Positions 22,171 to 34,378 of a stretch of 64,000 bases of DNA are shown one piece after another. The first letter of the stretch is position 1; each line of letters begins with the position of its first letter. The stretch lies in contig MU005961.1 in NCBI GenBank assembly GCA_010093745.1, positions 372,001-436,000 of the forward strand. Reading direction: 5' to 3'. Position numbers and translations under genes: made by a program. This DNA is from Piedraia hortae CBS 480.64. Lineage: Eukaryota. Below the pieces are notes generated by a model. That model saw nothing but the letters and a program-made list of their open reading frames with translations. It was not told the DNA's origin and did not search any database.

Positions 22171-24516
22171 CTAAACTTCGGCGGTAACACTAACACCCTC
22201 AGATGGCTTTTCGACATTCTTTCGGCGATTGAATATGTTAAATTTCTTGACTTCGATCCGTGCCGGAATGGCGCTGTCGCTGTTGGCGGTGGGCAGGTAT
22301 GGTCTCAAGGCCTCATATTCTTTCATACAAAGCGGTACCTGGCTGGTATCGGGTTTTGCGCCATAATCCAAGAATAAGCGGACCATATCCGTGCGGCTGG
22401 GGGTCGGCAGTTCTCTAGCCACTAGGAAGAGCGGAGTGCGAGAGTTGTTGTCTTGTACATTGACATATTCCTCCTTGGTGTGCCCTTCCGCGGGTACAGC
22501 ATTTTCGAGAAGAGCCACGGCTTGATCGAGTTGATCAAATTTGGCGCAAAAGTGAAGTGCGGTTTGTCCAGCCACATCCTTCGCGTCCATGAGACGACAC
22601 CCGTTTTGCAGTAGCCACTTTGTCATGTTGGTCGTTTTCAGTTGCACTGAGTAGTGCAGCACGGAATGTTTCTTTGCGTCTTTGTCATACATGTTTGCGC
22701 CGACGTTGCAAAGGTACTGAACAACGCTCAGATGATTCGACTTGACTGCCTTGAACAAGGGTGTTTCCTTGTTCCAGTCTTTAGCCTCTTTATCGGCATG
22801 GTGGTGAATCAGCTGCTGGGCAATCTTGCGGTGCCCAAGACTCGCGGCCATGTGGAGGGCGGTTTGGCCCCTTTCATCGCGGATGTCCACGCTTGCGCCA
22901 GGGAAAGAGCTCAGTAAATGGTGCACAATGTCCTCTTTGTTCTTTAACACCGCATGCATGAGCAAGGTTCGCTTATGATGCGATCCGTATAGCTTGTCCA
23001 CGTCAATGGTGGCGGAGCTGGTCATATCTTGTAAGAATTCTAGATCATTATTCTCGATTGCCTCGAACATCAGTCTATGTTGATTTTCCAGGGTGTCTGT
23101 AGCCTCAGTGCCGTTACCGTGAACTTCTTTTGGTTCGTGCAAAACGGGTAGTGATTCACCGGTAAGCATTTCGCGGAAAGCATCGGCTTCCGGTAGCTTT
23201 CCTGACGTGACTGAGATGCCAACAAGGAGTTGTAGGCATTCGTCTCGCTGCTGATTCACCCCGTCCAGTCCATCAAGTCTGCAAAGAGCGGTTCCTGCGT
23301 GTTTGCGTGCCTGGTCAAGATTTTCAGACACCTCAGAAGGCGAATTTGATCGTTGCCGGTGGTGCTTGTCAAGGTATATTGACGCCAACAGTTGGTTTTG
23401 CCGAGCTTCTGCCAATCTAGAATGCTGGTCTGCAGATGAACCGCTTTCACGCAAAAGTTCATGCGCTTTGGAAATGCCCTCGGCCCACTTCCCTTGTTTC
23501 TGATACACAAGGATCAGTTGCTCACCCAGGTCAGCGTGGTTTTCGAAAGGCACGCTATACACTCTTTCCCTGGATTTGGAGTGCAGTATGGCATTTTGTA
23601 GGCAGTTTTCAGCTTCATCATAGTGCTCTCTTTCGATCTCAGCCTTACCCTTCTCGCAGTATTTGATAATAAACTTATTCAGCACTTCTAGTGGCCATTC
23701 AACCGACTGATCTTGTAGCGTGCAGAGGCTGATTGGACGAATAGGCTCAGGTGTTGCTTCTGATCTCGGCGTCAACGTTCCATCGTTTGAAGAAACGTAT
23801 TGAGGCGGCAAACGCACACTGGGTGCACCCTCGGTATAACGCTCAATCACGTTTGTTGCATTTGCTAAGCAGTCCGTAAGGATAGAGATGGCATCATCAT
23901 CAACAAAGCCCTCATCAGTGTGTAACGATGTGCCCTCTTCTACCTGTTCATGACTGTTTCGACGGTGATGTTGAATGGACCTCAAGCGCTTATCGATCAC
24001 TTGTACTTGAATTGCTAGGTTTTCAAGAGCATGCTGGGTTTCGCCATGATTCTTGCTAGCATCAAAGACTTGAAGCATGCTGAGGTCCGCTTGTAAAATC
24101 TGGATTCGGGTCTCCAAATCTTGCTGGCGCTTTTGCAAAGAATTGTTCTTAAAGGCCAATTTGAACCGCTGCACGAGTGCAAGGTGAGCATTTCCATCCG
24201 TGCCAAATCCTTTGAATTGGCTTTCAAGATCGTCGAAGAAGGATTTGGTAGCGGTAACGTTGTCATCCAAACGTTTTAGGATAGCCCCGTCACCTATTGA
24301 TTGCAGTGGCAACTCAGTAGACTCTCGTGAGCTAAGAATCGAGTACACATTCTCCAGCACATCCTTGAGCCGATTAACGCGGCCGTACAATTCCAATGCG
24401 GTACCATCGGCATCTTTGACCTCTTTCAAGAATTTACCAACTGTTACGGATGCTTTAACCAAGGATAATACAGAAGCAGCGACTTGAATTGGCTCCGTCA
24501 TGTCCTTCTTGCCCAT
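22171..24516 (-). CDS. HeLo-like N-terminal domain + TPR-like helical region + C-terminal ankyrin repeats (start may be 24501)
   Basis: N-terminus MTEPIQVAASVLSLVK is typical of fungal STAND N-terminal (HeLo-like) domains; ankyrin motifs RTLLMHA, GQTALHMAA, ETPLFKAV, GQTALHFCA, RTPLFL. Confidence 0.8.
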   Translation of the reverse strand: MGKKDMTEPIQVAASVLSLVKASVTVGKFLKEVKDADGTALELYGRVNRLKDVLENVYSILSSRESTELPLQSIGDGAILKRLDDNVTATKSFFDDLESQFKGFGTDGNAHLALVQRFKLAFKNNSLQKRQQDLETRIQILQADLSMLQVFDASKNHGETQHALENLAIQVQVIDKRLRSIQHHRRNSHEQVEEGTSLHTDEGFVDDDAISILTDCLANATNVIERYTEGAPSVRLPPQYVSSNDGTLTPRSEATPEPIRPISLCTLQDQSVEWPLEVLNKFIIKYCEKGKAEIEREHYDEAENCLQNAILHSKSRERVYSVPFENHADLGEQLILVYQKQGKWAEGISKAHELLRESGSSADQHSRLAEARQNQLLASIYLDKHHRQRSNSPSEVSENLDQARKHAGTALCRLDGLDGVNQQRDECLQLLVGISVTSGKLPEADAFREMLTGESLPVLHEPKEVHGNGTEATDTLENQHRLMFEAIENNDLEFLQDMTSSATIDVDKLYGSHHKRTLLMHAVLKNKEDIVHHLLSSFPGASVDIRDERGQTALHMAASLGHRKIAQQLIHHHADKEAKDWNKETPLFKAVKSNHLSVVQYLCNVGANMYDKDAKKHSVLHYSVQLKTTNMTKWLLQNGCRLMDAKDVAGQTALHFCAKFDQLDQAVALLENAVPAEGHTKEEYVNVQDNNSRTPLFLVARELPTPSRTDMVRLFLDYGAKPDTSQVPLCMKEYEALRPYLPTANSDSAIPARIEVKKFNIFNRRKNVEKPSEGVSVTAEV

Positions 24517-24843
24517 GAATTCTTTTTTTGGGGGGAAGATAAGGCGTTGCCTTCAGTATTTGTGGGAAGACATAGCCCTCAAGCCACTCTAAGCCCTGCT
24601 GCATGGCTTCGCTCACCGGGCTGTACCCCGCACCTCTTACGACCAAAAGAAATGCGCGAAAGCGAAGGGAGTACGTCGGGAACGCTGTAACGTTTGTTTT
24701 GACTGCAAGTCAGCCGGCAGCATACGGTTCAATCGCCACGAACCCTTATCTACCCCTATCTCCCACATGTTTGGGCTGAAACGTGCGTTGAATTAAGGGC
24801 TCGACATGATTAGCATCGCAAACAGTACTTATCTCAAGTCAGA

Positions 24844-25312
24844 CTATTGCTGGACGACCTGAACGTTGTTCGCCTTCTATTGCTGCTATCAGCTCAATTT
24901 CTTCAGGTTGAGTTGACTCAACTCACTTTCCACTTATCCATCTCCTCCTGCTTACTCTTGTACTGTGCTAGCAACTCATGAAGGATCTTCTTCAGGCCAT
25001 CGGCATTGGTCTGCAAGACAGGCAAAACGTCGCCGACCGTCCTCTCCGTTAGAACGCCATTCGTCATGCGGAAGCACTTCCTGTCGGTGGCCAATGGGGC
25101 TAGCGTATCGAGAACAAGCTTGTGTTCTTCGGTTTCTTGTTCAATATCCCCAATTTTAGAAGCCAATGCTTGCAAATTCTCCTTGAACTGAGAGTACTGT
25201 GCTTGGAGATCTTCAAACTCAAGTCGTCACATCAGCTATCTGGCTATTGAATGTCGGTTAGTGGAAGAACAGTACCTTGCTGTTTTTGTGAGGCATTCGA
25301 CGATGACGACAT
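24844..25312 (-). CDS. GIM4: Prefoldin subunit 2; 3 exons (introns 25211-25275 and 24877-24926)
   Basis: KQQDLQAQY...LASKIGDIEQETEEHKLV...DRKCFRMTNGVLTERTV...WKKANNVQVVQQ. Confidence 0.92.
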
Positions 25313-25465
25313 GTTTATAGCTAATTAGCCACAAGAGCCAGTGGAAAAGCCCAAGTGGACGGGCAGGGTGGATTGTTCCAAGATGCTCTCGGCTGTTGAT
25401 GACTCAGCCACACATGAGTCATGAGTCTGTAATCATGACTAAGCGCATCGAACCTCACTTCAACA

Positions 25466-25757
25466 ATGCATCCGCATCTGCACACCAAAGACAACCTCGG
25501 TGAGGGGAACGCCTCTCGCTTATCAAACACGCTGACTGCTTTACGTAGGCTGCGAGGAAATCATGACGGCGCTGGAAGAGTGCCACGCCCGTGGCTTCTT
25601 ATGGAAAGCTATGGGCATGTGCTCAAACACCAAGCACCAGATGAACAAATGCCTACGGGCAGAGAGATTAGAGCGTACAGCAGCCAACAGAAAACAGGCA
25701 AAAGAGCAGAGGAAGAAAATCGAACGAGTCTGGGCTGATATCGATAAAAACTCGTAG
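25466..25757 (+). CDS. CMC2: Twin CX9C cytochrome c oxidase assembly protein Cmc2; intron 25500-25548
   Basis: MHPHLHT...GCEEIMTALEECH...GMCSNTKHQMNKCLRAER (twin CX9C). Confidence 0.9.
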
Positions 25758-25803
25758 TCGAGCGGGCTACAGATGACCTACGAAGATTTGCGAAGGCCCC
25801 TCG

Positions 25804-26963
25804 TCAACCGTAGCCCAGTCCAGCATGGCCTTGTACAACGGCAAAGTCATCTACCTCTTCAGCCTCAACATCCTCACTATCTCTCGATTTCTCAGCCACA
25901 CACAAGTCCTGCTTTGCCTCCGCCTCGACCCCCTTCTCCACACGCAATTCCTCGAACTTTTCCGCCGTTTCATCGAGAGCCTTCTGGATTTTTACCTCTT
26001 CCTCGGCAAGGCGCATCCTCTCAGCCTTGAGAGCTTCCATTTCCTGCACTCTATGCGCCTGATCTGCCCGCATCTCCTCCAGTTTCTTGCCTAGCCGCTC
26101 CAGGACTCCTTTAAGAGTTGGGAGAGGAGTGATAATTGGCGGCGTGTGCTGCTTCGTCGTCTCGGTTGGAGCTTTGGCAGTAGCATAGGTTCCATGTCGC
26201 GTCTGCGCAGCTTCAAAAGCAGCATTTTCCTCTTCCTCGCTTTCATTTGAGCTTTCGGCCTCTTCCATTTCAGCAAGCCGAGCTGCCACATCCTCCTTCC
26301 TCCGTTTTGTCTCGTCACGCTCTCTCCCCAAAATTATCTTGTCCGCCTCTGTAAACTCGTCGAATCCCTCAAAAATATCCTCATCTTCACGTATCAGCCG
26401 GCCTTCAGTAGTCTTCTCCTTCGCTCTAAGAATCAACCTTCCTCGTTCATCCTCCTCTGCATCGCTGTCGCCCTCATCAAGCGGAATGTACTCTGCGGCC
26501 TTTTCCTTAGCCAGTCGCGCCCTACGAGCTTTCTTTTCGGCAATCTCCGCCGCCGACGGGATAATGCACGGCTGCTCATAACGTGCCAAGGACGAGCCAA
26601 ACTTGGCAGTCAGATCCAGCTGATTCTCTGGGTCTGGCGCGTCCGTAGTCTTGAAATTGTGGACCGATTCGCTCCCTTGCTCCTCCTTCCCGATGTTACG
26701 CGTTGTCGCTTCTGCCCTGCGAACATCGCTTCGATGTACAGCTAAACGCGGCTTTCTGCCGCGTTTGTGCACCTGCACCTCTTCGTTGACCTCGTCATCG
26801 GCGGCAATCGCGCGTCGGCGCGGCTTAACAACTACCTGTAATCCTTCAGTCAGTCGTCAGCTTTACGTTGGAATTTAACAAAATATAAAAACCTACCTAA
26901 CGAGTCTTCTCCCTCATAATTATCGCTTCCGACCTTCCGTGGCGCTCGACGCTGTTTGAACAT
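25804..26963 (-). CDS. NTR2: Nineteen-complex-related protein 2 (NTR2-domain spliceosome disassembly factor); intron 26844-26896
   Basis: Motifs IPSAAEIAEKKARRARLA, RLIREDED, FEAAQTRHG, ITPLPTL and a C-terminal coiled coil; exon 1 MFKQRRAPRKVG. Confidence 0.8.
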
Positions 26964-28559
26964 GACTGTGGTGGGCGGCCGACAGGAGACTTCAGGTTGC
27001 GCAACAATGTTGATTGGCTCGAAAGCAGCGAGCGCTAGCGGAAGGTTCCCCGTTCGAAGCGAACCGCCTAAATCGCTAGGGTAATCTTAAGAAAAGCTAG
27101 GATATGTAACCGCATTAGGAAGGTTGCTAACCGCTTTTGAAATGGTGCCATGGAAGAACCCGCACGCGCTATTTGATTGGCTGTCTGATGCCCATCTCTC
27201 TCGCACTCTCTGGAGAGCCTCCATGTTCCAATTCTCTCTATCTCAGGCTTGATTTCTCACGAACAGAAGGAGGTATACTTCAAGTCCTAGATACTAAACG
27301 GGCGAGCAGTTAGATGATCATCAGCTGAACGAGCCAACACAGCCTGTGGTACGCGCGGGCGTGGGAGGAGAGCTAGAGCCAGTTTCGGGCAAGCACAAAC
27401 ATTTGTGGCTTCTATGGGCGGAATGTACGGGAGATATTGGCACAGCTACAAACCGAGACGCAAGCCTTGCGTGAAGAATCGCTTTTGGAACCCCCATATC
27501 GATCTCGTGCCAGAGCAGGCCGATGACACCTGGGACGTCGGATTTTTGGTATCCCGGAGCTTATCTGCTTGCCTTAGGGGTGGATTTACGTGACTTCAGA
27601 CTCAGATTCAGGCAGTGGCTACAGCGACGGGCAAGAGGTGAATATGGTACGGGTCCTTCCGTGATACCATTCTAGAATACGTTAGCGACAGTCCTAATGC
27701 GGTTAGATATCTTGCTTTTTCTAAGATTGCCCTAGGGATTTGCGTGGGGCGCGTGCAAAGAGTTGTGTCTCCGCTAGGGGATGACGTAAGCATTCCATCA
27801 GGCACATGATCTGACTTTTGTTTGTGACGGCTGGACCGTAGATAGACATCCTTCATACAAGTTTGAACACTGAATGAATGCTCTACGTTAACACACCGGT
27901 TTCAACACGCGGCTTTTCCTGCTGCTGAGAGAACATGTGCTCTTGAGCGAGAAGGCCTAAAGCACAGAGTCTTAGTACGGGATCGTCCGTTAGCGTCCGT
28001 GCTGCTAAAGCAAATCAGCAAAACTGCGTGATGGTGGCCCCCACACAAACTTCGAAATCTCTTTTTGCACGACAGATCAACTTGGTACTTTCGCTACACA
28101 ACCTTCTGCTCAGACAAGAAATGGGGCTAGACCTCTTGCAAGAGATAAACGTTACTTACGTACGGATGTAACGAATGTATAGGGTTAAAAAGTATGAAGT
28201 GCACAAGTGCTTCGACATGCCACTGAAAAGCTAGTTTCAGGCGACCAGGAGAAGAGATTCAGACAATAGACAAGGAACTTCAAGTAAGTTTGTGGGGTTG
28301 CAGCTGGATAAGTTTGCGACTCGCCTACGCCTAGGTGCAGGAACCACAGTGCAGAACCATGAGCCGTCTAAGCTGGGCGACATAAAGTAGGCATTTAAGC
28401 CTTCTGAGGCCACTATGATGCTAGCGAGCGCAGCAAAGTCCACGCCTTCCACAACATTGCCTGTGTACAGAGATATTGGAGGGTTGCTGGAAGAAAGGCC
28501 GATCCAGACGTGCGGCAATGATTTCAGTCAAAGGCTGACAAGCTGGAGCAGTACAGAGT

Positions 28560-29035
28560 CCGCCTCTAGCACAAGATCCGATCTATCTTGCAACGATTCT
28601 GGATCATTTCTCCAACGCAAGGGACACCCCGTCTCGTCGGATCAAGCCCAAGAGGTGCGAGAGTGGCTGAAGGAGGGGCACTTCTGAATGGAGAGGAGGG
28701 CGATAAGAATCTCGCGTCGTGGATTTTCGGAGCCTCCAAACCGGCCAAGAGGGGCTCATACGACGAGCAGCTCCAAAGTTTCAAGGACTTGGCGAAGCTG
28801 CCAAAGGGTACGGATCTGCTATAGATGTAGCGGACACATGGGCCGGACTTCTCCTCACTCGCGTCCATTGTTCGTGACGTTCTCGTCGTATCAACGACCA
28901 GCAACCAACGCCGAGCGGATGTTTTCATTAGGGCGGTTGATAGTTCCGCCAACGCGAAACCGACTATCAACGGAAAAATTAGGGTACCTGATGGTGCTGA
29001 AGAGCTGGTTGCGACTAATCAGGATATGGTGTTAA
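28560..29035 (+). mobile_element. hAT-family transposase relic (C-terminal dimerisation domain)
   Basis: DLL*M*RTHGPDFSSLASIVRDVLVVSTTS, then after a frameshift AERMFSLGRLIVPPTRNRLSTEKLGYLMVLKSWL; stops and a frameshift. Confidence 0.85.
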
Positions 29036-29593
29036 TCGGTGCAGAAACTGCAAGACCATATGGGGGGAAGGTGTGAAGATCAACAAAAACGATGTTTGAG
29101 GGTGGAAAATTTGGGTCTGTCTAGACAGTATGGCGGTGATCTGGTGCCTGAGGGCGGATGCATCTGTTTCGTCGCATTGAACCTCCAGGAGCATCCACAA
29201 AACTGTTGACAGGCCAATGCGAGGTGAAATTGAGGAGGATTATCATGGCTGATGGCGCGTTGATTGCTCAAACAAAATCCTTTGTAGGCTACTCAGGTCA
29301 ATGCTGATTCTATAGTTGTCATGTATACTTCGTCAACTACTCGCAGCCGCCTTCAGTCAAAAACCTTCGTAATGCAAGATGATATACCTGCTGTAGCCGG
29401 AGCTTTAGTTCGATCAATCAAAAATTGGCCGCTCCAAACACAAGTACACGGCTAAAAAGATCCCTTATAACCCTGATGCATCTGACACTTTCAAACAAAA
29501 ATTTCTCCAGCGACTCACATTCCAAAATAATTTGAGCCTAGTAGACTGTCTATGTCATATAACCAATGATCCTACCATACTAACCATGAACAA

Positions 29594-29665
29594 AGCTTCG
29601 TGGCGCAGTGGAAGCGCGCCGGGCTCATAACCCGGAGGACCATCGATCGAAACGATGCGGAGCTA
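29594..29665 (+). tRNA. Initiator tRNA-Met (CAT), intronless
   Basis: Cloverleaf with A1-U72 acceptor stem AGCTTCG/CGGAGCT, anticodon arm CCGGG-CTCATAA-CCCGG with three G-C pairs, and T-loop ATCGAAA. Confidence 0.97.
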
Positions 29666-29666
29666 C

Positions 29667-29674
29667 TTTTTTTC
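29667..29674 (+). terminator. RNA polymerase III oligo-T terminator
   Basis: Run of T residues starting 2 nt after the tRNA discriminator base. Confidence 0.8.
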
Positions 29675-29949
29675 CTTCGTCAAAGTTGAACTTTAGGAAA
29701 AATTCTGCGCTGTGCTTTCCGTGGACTCAGAGCAAGTTTCTTTTGCGGGAGGAATAGAGTACAGAGCATGGAATTCGATTCTTCAAACCTATTGCTCAAA
29801 GATTTTCGCTCGCTTAGTTACAGTTACAGATGTTTCGCATCGGCACGTGACGCAGATAATGGGAACGCACGAATTACCAATTGCATCTTAGTTTTCTGGT
29901 ACGAATACGGCATGTGATATTAGTGGAGAGTACAGATTTGCTTGATTGG

Positions 29950-30989
29950 ATGCATCAGGTTTCATGGGGCTGGATGGCAATCGCAACAGCACGACAACGG
30001 GAGGAATAGTCTTATGCGAGGAGAATGAATCTGAGAGATTGGTGAGAAGTGTTGACTGCAAGTTTGAACATCAGCTGGTATTGTCGAACGAAGTCGGTTC
30101 TAAGACTTTGGAGATGTATCATAGAGTCGATTGCAGCAAGAATTCCCTGAGGTGCATGGTAACTCCGGACCACAAGCGTTCTGAGGTTTGCACTGGTCAA
30201 CTTTAGTATGGCCCGGTGATCAGATCGGTAGAAAAAGGCAAGGACTCGAGTCTTGAGAATCCGACCTGTTGTTCTGCAAGAAGCTGCTTTAACGTCTCCT
30301 TACCAAAAGCAACAGCGCAGTTGTAGACGACGGAGTTTGGTAAAGGCGCTCCGCAACGACGAAAGTCCAGTAAAGTCGTCGGAGGGGTCTCCCCAGCATA
30401 TGCCAAGGCTCTCGAAGCATTTGAGTCGCTTCAATGTGATTGACAGCTCAGACCAAGAAAGATCGTAAAACGTGCCAATGGCCAGATGTTTGAGGCCGGG
30501 GCACTTGGTTGGAATGAGCTCTACAGCCCGCCCCGCCCGGTTCATGTCATGAATATGCAGCAACTGCGAATTTGCAGAAAGATGGCGCTCAAAGGGCATA
30601 TTGTGCTCGGGATCATCGGCTGTTCCGAACAAACGGGTGAGTTGGTCAAAGTGCTCGAAAGAGACGCTTGGCAAGCACCGATGGGGACCACAGTGTCCAG
30701 AGACGAGTTGACGTAGCTGTGGAAATGAGAGACCCTCCGTCATACCGTGGTCCTCGACAACCGATTTGCAAAAAACATGCAGATGACGAACTTTGTTGGC
30801 AAGATCTTGTTTTCCGGACAACGCTTTGGCGAATGTTTCAATTGTTGGGTTTTGCCAAAGAATTTCTGCAGCGACGTCTGCAAACGCCCGGGAGACAATA
30901 GAGGCATTGAACAGCGAGCGAGGGTCGTCTTCGAGAAGTTCCAAAATCCCGATGAGAATGTCCAGTGGTATTTTAGGAAATGAAACCAT
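29950..30989 (-). pseudogene. F-box / LRR-like gene with frameshifted, decaying 3' part
   Basis: F-box FPKIPLDILIGILELL...SLFNASIVSRAFADVAAEILW; LRR-like units FPQLRQL, CPGLKHLAI, FTKLRRLQL; after ~30310 the units continue in other frames (FSRLESL, ANLRTLVV, IHLQSLR). Confidence 0.7.
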
Positions 30990-31120
30990 GTCGACTGTGC
31001 AATCGAGAACAAGAGGGCGATGTGGCTCTCTGATCTTCTTGTTGAGTTTGCTGATCTCCCTTTCAGGATGCACCTTGTGGAGGCCACGGAAACACAGCTC
31101 TGATTAGTCATGGAATAGCG

Positions 31121-31380
31121 TGTAATTGACACGCCAGTTACTTCCTATCGTTGAAACCCGCACCTAAGGTAGATCGAGTTATACTACTTTGCTCCTTCAG
31201 GCACCAGCAGCTACAGCGTACCCTAAGTTTCATTCCCTCGCAGAGGTTCCCTCAAGGTTTATTGTTGTTTTGTGAGCCACACGCCCGCCAAGTGAGTCAC
31301 AAGCCCGCATGGTGAGTCGTCGACTCAGACGTCGTACAGTTTCTACTTTGATCTCCGCCTACCGCTTCCTTCTTGTTACA
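31121..31380. mobile_element. Degenerate solo-LTR-like fragment
   Basis: TG...CA ends; 31202-31258 matches the repeat at 61135-61185; 31353-31380 resembles the terminus at 38781-38809. Confidence 0.45.
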
Positions 31381-32667
31381 TCGCTTCACCCACGTCTATG
31401 AGCGGTATCACCGTGGGATAAGTGTTGCTGGTATGTAAATCCGGCACTGGTTCTTATCTCTAAGATTTGTGAGAGCGGTGCTTCCTCATTCAACAAATAG
31501 GGCAGGTCTAGGTTATAATATATGGAGAACGATATCAAGTTGCGATGTTGACTTTCAGTGCGTTACATGACGCTACTGATGCGTTGTTCTTTGGCCTTAG
31601 GCCGAGCACACAAAGCTCATGCAATGTGGAAAGAAGCTCAGACAGTGGTTATCTGTTAATGGTGGCGGGTGGCTACGCTCTATGTAATGATCTGGCTTTG
31701 CAAGTTCAAGACGCAACTGTCAGAGCCATAGTTTTGATGTGTCAAAACTTTGAAATCTGGGACAATCCTTGGGGCACTATAACAGTGCCTGAACGTTGGT
31801 GGGCGATCTTTGCTTTGCAAAGCTGCAAATGTGCGATGTTAAATCTTGGTGGCTTTTTCCTTCCATGTGTGTCATCAAAATAGGGCGCCCAATCGTTGAA
31901 ACTGACGCGTCAACCACCTGATTTCCCGTCTAGAACTAGCAAGTGTCCAGTTAGCTAAGTGTAGCAAACATCGTGATGAAGCGATTTGGCCTCTCAGCAG
32001 TTCTATATCCGCTATATAGTCAAAGCAGTTTTACCAAAGTGCACGAGGACGTAGAAAGACCGGTCTTGCTGGGAAAGGTACCCGTCCTTAGAAAGACTAC
32101 GCCGTGTTGAGTGTCTGCTCTATTCTGAGTTAGTTGCATGAGGAGTAACAAGATCCACGTATGCGCAGGGTGTCCGGCTCGGCTATACCAAACGGACTGG
32201 GGAGATCAGCTATGAGCGAATTAGGCAAAACTAGGCATGCTAATTCAAGAAAGGGCGGATGAGATCTCACGTCGACACAAAGTCAGTGCTTGTAAAAGCC
32301 GACTGTAGTAGCAGTGGTGTATTGAAACGTGACGTCTGTTTTCCATCTTGTACCAACGCTGCCATTATCAGAGCAATTGATTGTTGCTTTGAAGGGATAC
32401 CGAGACTAGAAGGTAGGGTTTTCGTCTGAAACTAAGACACCAGTGGGGAAAACCAACAGTCCAATGGTAAACAACGACTACAAGGAGTGTTGATTTTTCA
32501 CATTGTCGATGTTTACGCGAAGCATTCACTTCGCAACGCTGCTTCGCTGTGTTGCCGTCAACAAACACCACTCCTTTCCCTTTCGATCCCCTTCCACCGT
32601 CATTCTTCCTCCTTCAATCGCACTCACTTACCTCAGCACAATAACACACTCCAGCAAACAAGCAGCC

Positions 32668-33312
32668 ATGAATCCCTCGGATCAGCCCGGGATTTATGCT
32701 GATCATTTCAGAGCCCGCTATGCCCCTGGATCTGATCCCCGCTATCGTATCAGACCCCTCGGGACCAAGCTCAAGCCCAACGACCCGCCGCCTACCTGTG
32801 AGCAGTTCCTGCGCAAATCTGGAGCGCCCATGTGCACTTTTGTTGTCGATCAGTCCGCTCCGAACACGTGTATCTTCACCTTTGAGAAGGAAGATCACAC
32901 GTTGTTGAACCTTATGACATGCCAGCTGCAGAAGTCTCCGAATGTCCTGTTCGCTGCGTATAACATTTCGCACCCGCTGTTTCCCGTCGGCAGAATGCGC
33001 GTACAGACGAATGGTACTGTTTCACCCCGCATGGCTCTAATTATTGCCGCCCGTGAGACTCTCGCTGAGCTCGCTAAGCTTTTGAACGTGTTCTCGGAAG
33101 AGGTGGCCCTGTACAAGGCGATGCATAAGGATCGGGGTGGATCGAGCAGACACTTCAGCGACAAGGACACTGAAAACACCGAAAACCCCAAGCATGATGC
33201 CGGAGCTGTGGATGGGGACATGATGAAGGGCAATGGCAAGGGAAAAGAAAAGGTCATCAAGACAAACGCCTTCAAGGACACAGAGATGAAGGATCCTGAG
33301 GCCATGGAGTAA
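32668..33312 (+). CDS. RPB11: Divergent, intronless RNA polymerase II subunit RPB11-like protein (214 aa) with a charged C-terminal tail
   Basis: NTCIFTFEKEDHTLLNL...VLFAAYNISHPLFP...RVQTNG.VSPRMAL matches the RPB11 fold better than AC19, but several usually conserved positions differ. Confidence 0.8.
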   Translation: MNPSDQPGIYADHFRARYAPGSDPRYRIRPLGTKLKPNDPPPTCEQFLRKSGAPMCTFVVDQSAPNTCIFTFEKEDHTLLNLMTCQLQKSPNVLFAAYNISHPLFPVGRMRVQTNGTVSPRMALIIAARETLAELAKLLNVFSEEVALYKAMHKDRGGSSRHFSDKDTENTENPKHDAGAVDGDMMKGNGKGKEKVIKTNAFKDTEMKDPEAME

Positions 33313-33887
33313 TGTTGTAATACCGGGTACTAGGCTTCTTTGCCTCTGGTTCGTATCCATTGACTTCGCATAGACAAACACGTAGAGCTGTGTATGAAAG
33401 CCATAAAGTCAGAAACATGATCTGCCTGAACTTGTATCTTCTGCCTGATTCTAGTCGTAGGTGTCTAGCTCTGCCGCCACCTCCCATGCTCCGTAGATGT
33501 TCAAATATCATGCATAATCCAAGTTTTGACCCGATACTTATCGTTCTAAGGACGCGTGCCTGCCATAGGCCGAAGGTGTGCAAACATGTTCCTTTCGGCT
33601 TATGTTTCAATGAGCATCAATGTGTCATCCTGTGCCATATCAACTGACTTGAAGTTTAACATAGGTGAAGATCGACTTCGCCCCGAAACCGGCAAAACCT
33701 CGGTTAACCAAGTGAAATTCTCGGGCCACTCCCGCCCGGCGCACTACGCGTCTCCTTGAAATCTCTGTCAAACACAATGTCCTCACCCTCATCAACCCTC
33801 AAGGCTGTAACGTGCACAACAATCAAATACTGCGCATCTACTCGAGCACGGAGCTCGTATCCTAAACGTTGTGTCAAGGAGAGGTAG

Positions 33888-34107
33888 TGTCAGAATGATG
33901 TGGCACCCACCATGACCAGAACCCTAGATAGAAGTCGAAACTTCTCAGGGTTTCTACCTCTATAGGGGACGTTTTCCCTGAGAGGGATCGTTGTCTCGTT
34001 CATGCTTAAGGGCATGATTCGCTGACGTTGTCCTGGCGAATGCAGTTAGACTGAGGTAGTGTGGAGAAGGTTTCGAACCTCACTTCATATAGAGATAGAT
34101 ATCTACA
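33888..34107 (+). mobile_element. Solo-LTR-like repeat, family A, copy 1 (220 bp)
   Basis: TGTCAG...CTACA ends; about 90% identical by hand alignment to the reverse complement of 38525-38740. Confidence 0.75.
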
Positions 34108-34323
34108 TTCATCTTTTGGTCAGAGTTGAGTGCACACATTTGTCGTTGATCTATGTTCCGCTACAGTCCTCGGAGGTTTACCTCTCCGACAGGTAGCGAG
34201 TTCCGCATATCATCCCCACCTCCATCACGTTCTACCATCCCACAAGGCCACGCTAGCGTGTAATTTTTGCACACGCAGACCCTCCAAAGTGGGTCCACGG
34301 TCATGTAAGTCACACTAGCTCTC

Positions 34324-34331
<8 letters not shown>

Positions 34332-34376
<45 letters not shown>
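34332..34376. repeat. (CA)22 microsatellite
   Basis: Perfect CA dinucleotide run. Confidence 0.98.

Positions 34377-34378
<2 letters not shown>

Noticed and set aside
29594..29665. tRNA-iMet primer-binding site beside the LTR-like repeats
   Set aside because: TGGTAGCTCCG was not seen next to any repeat end.
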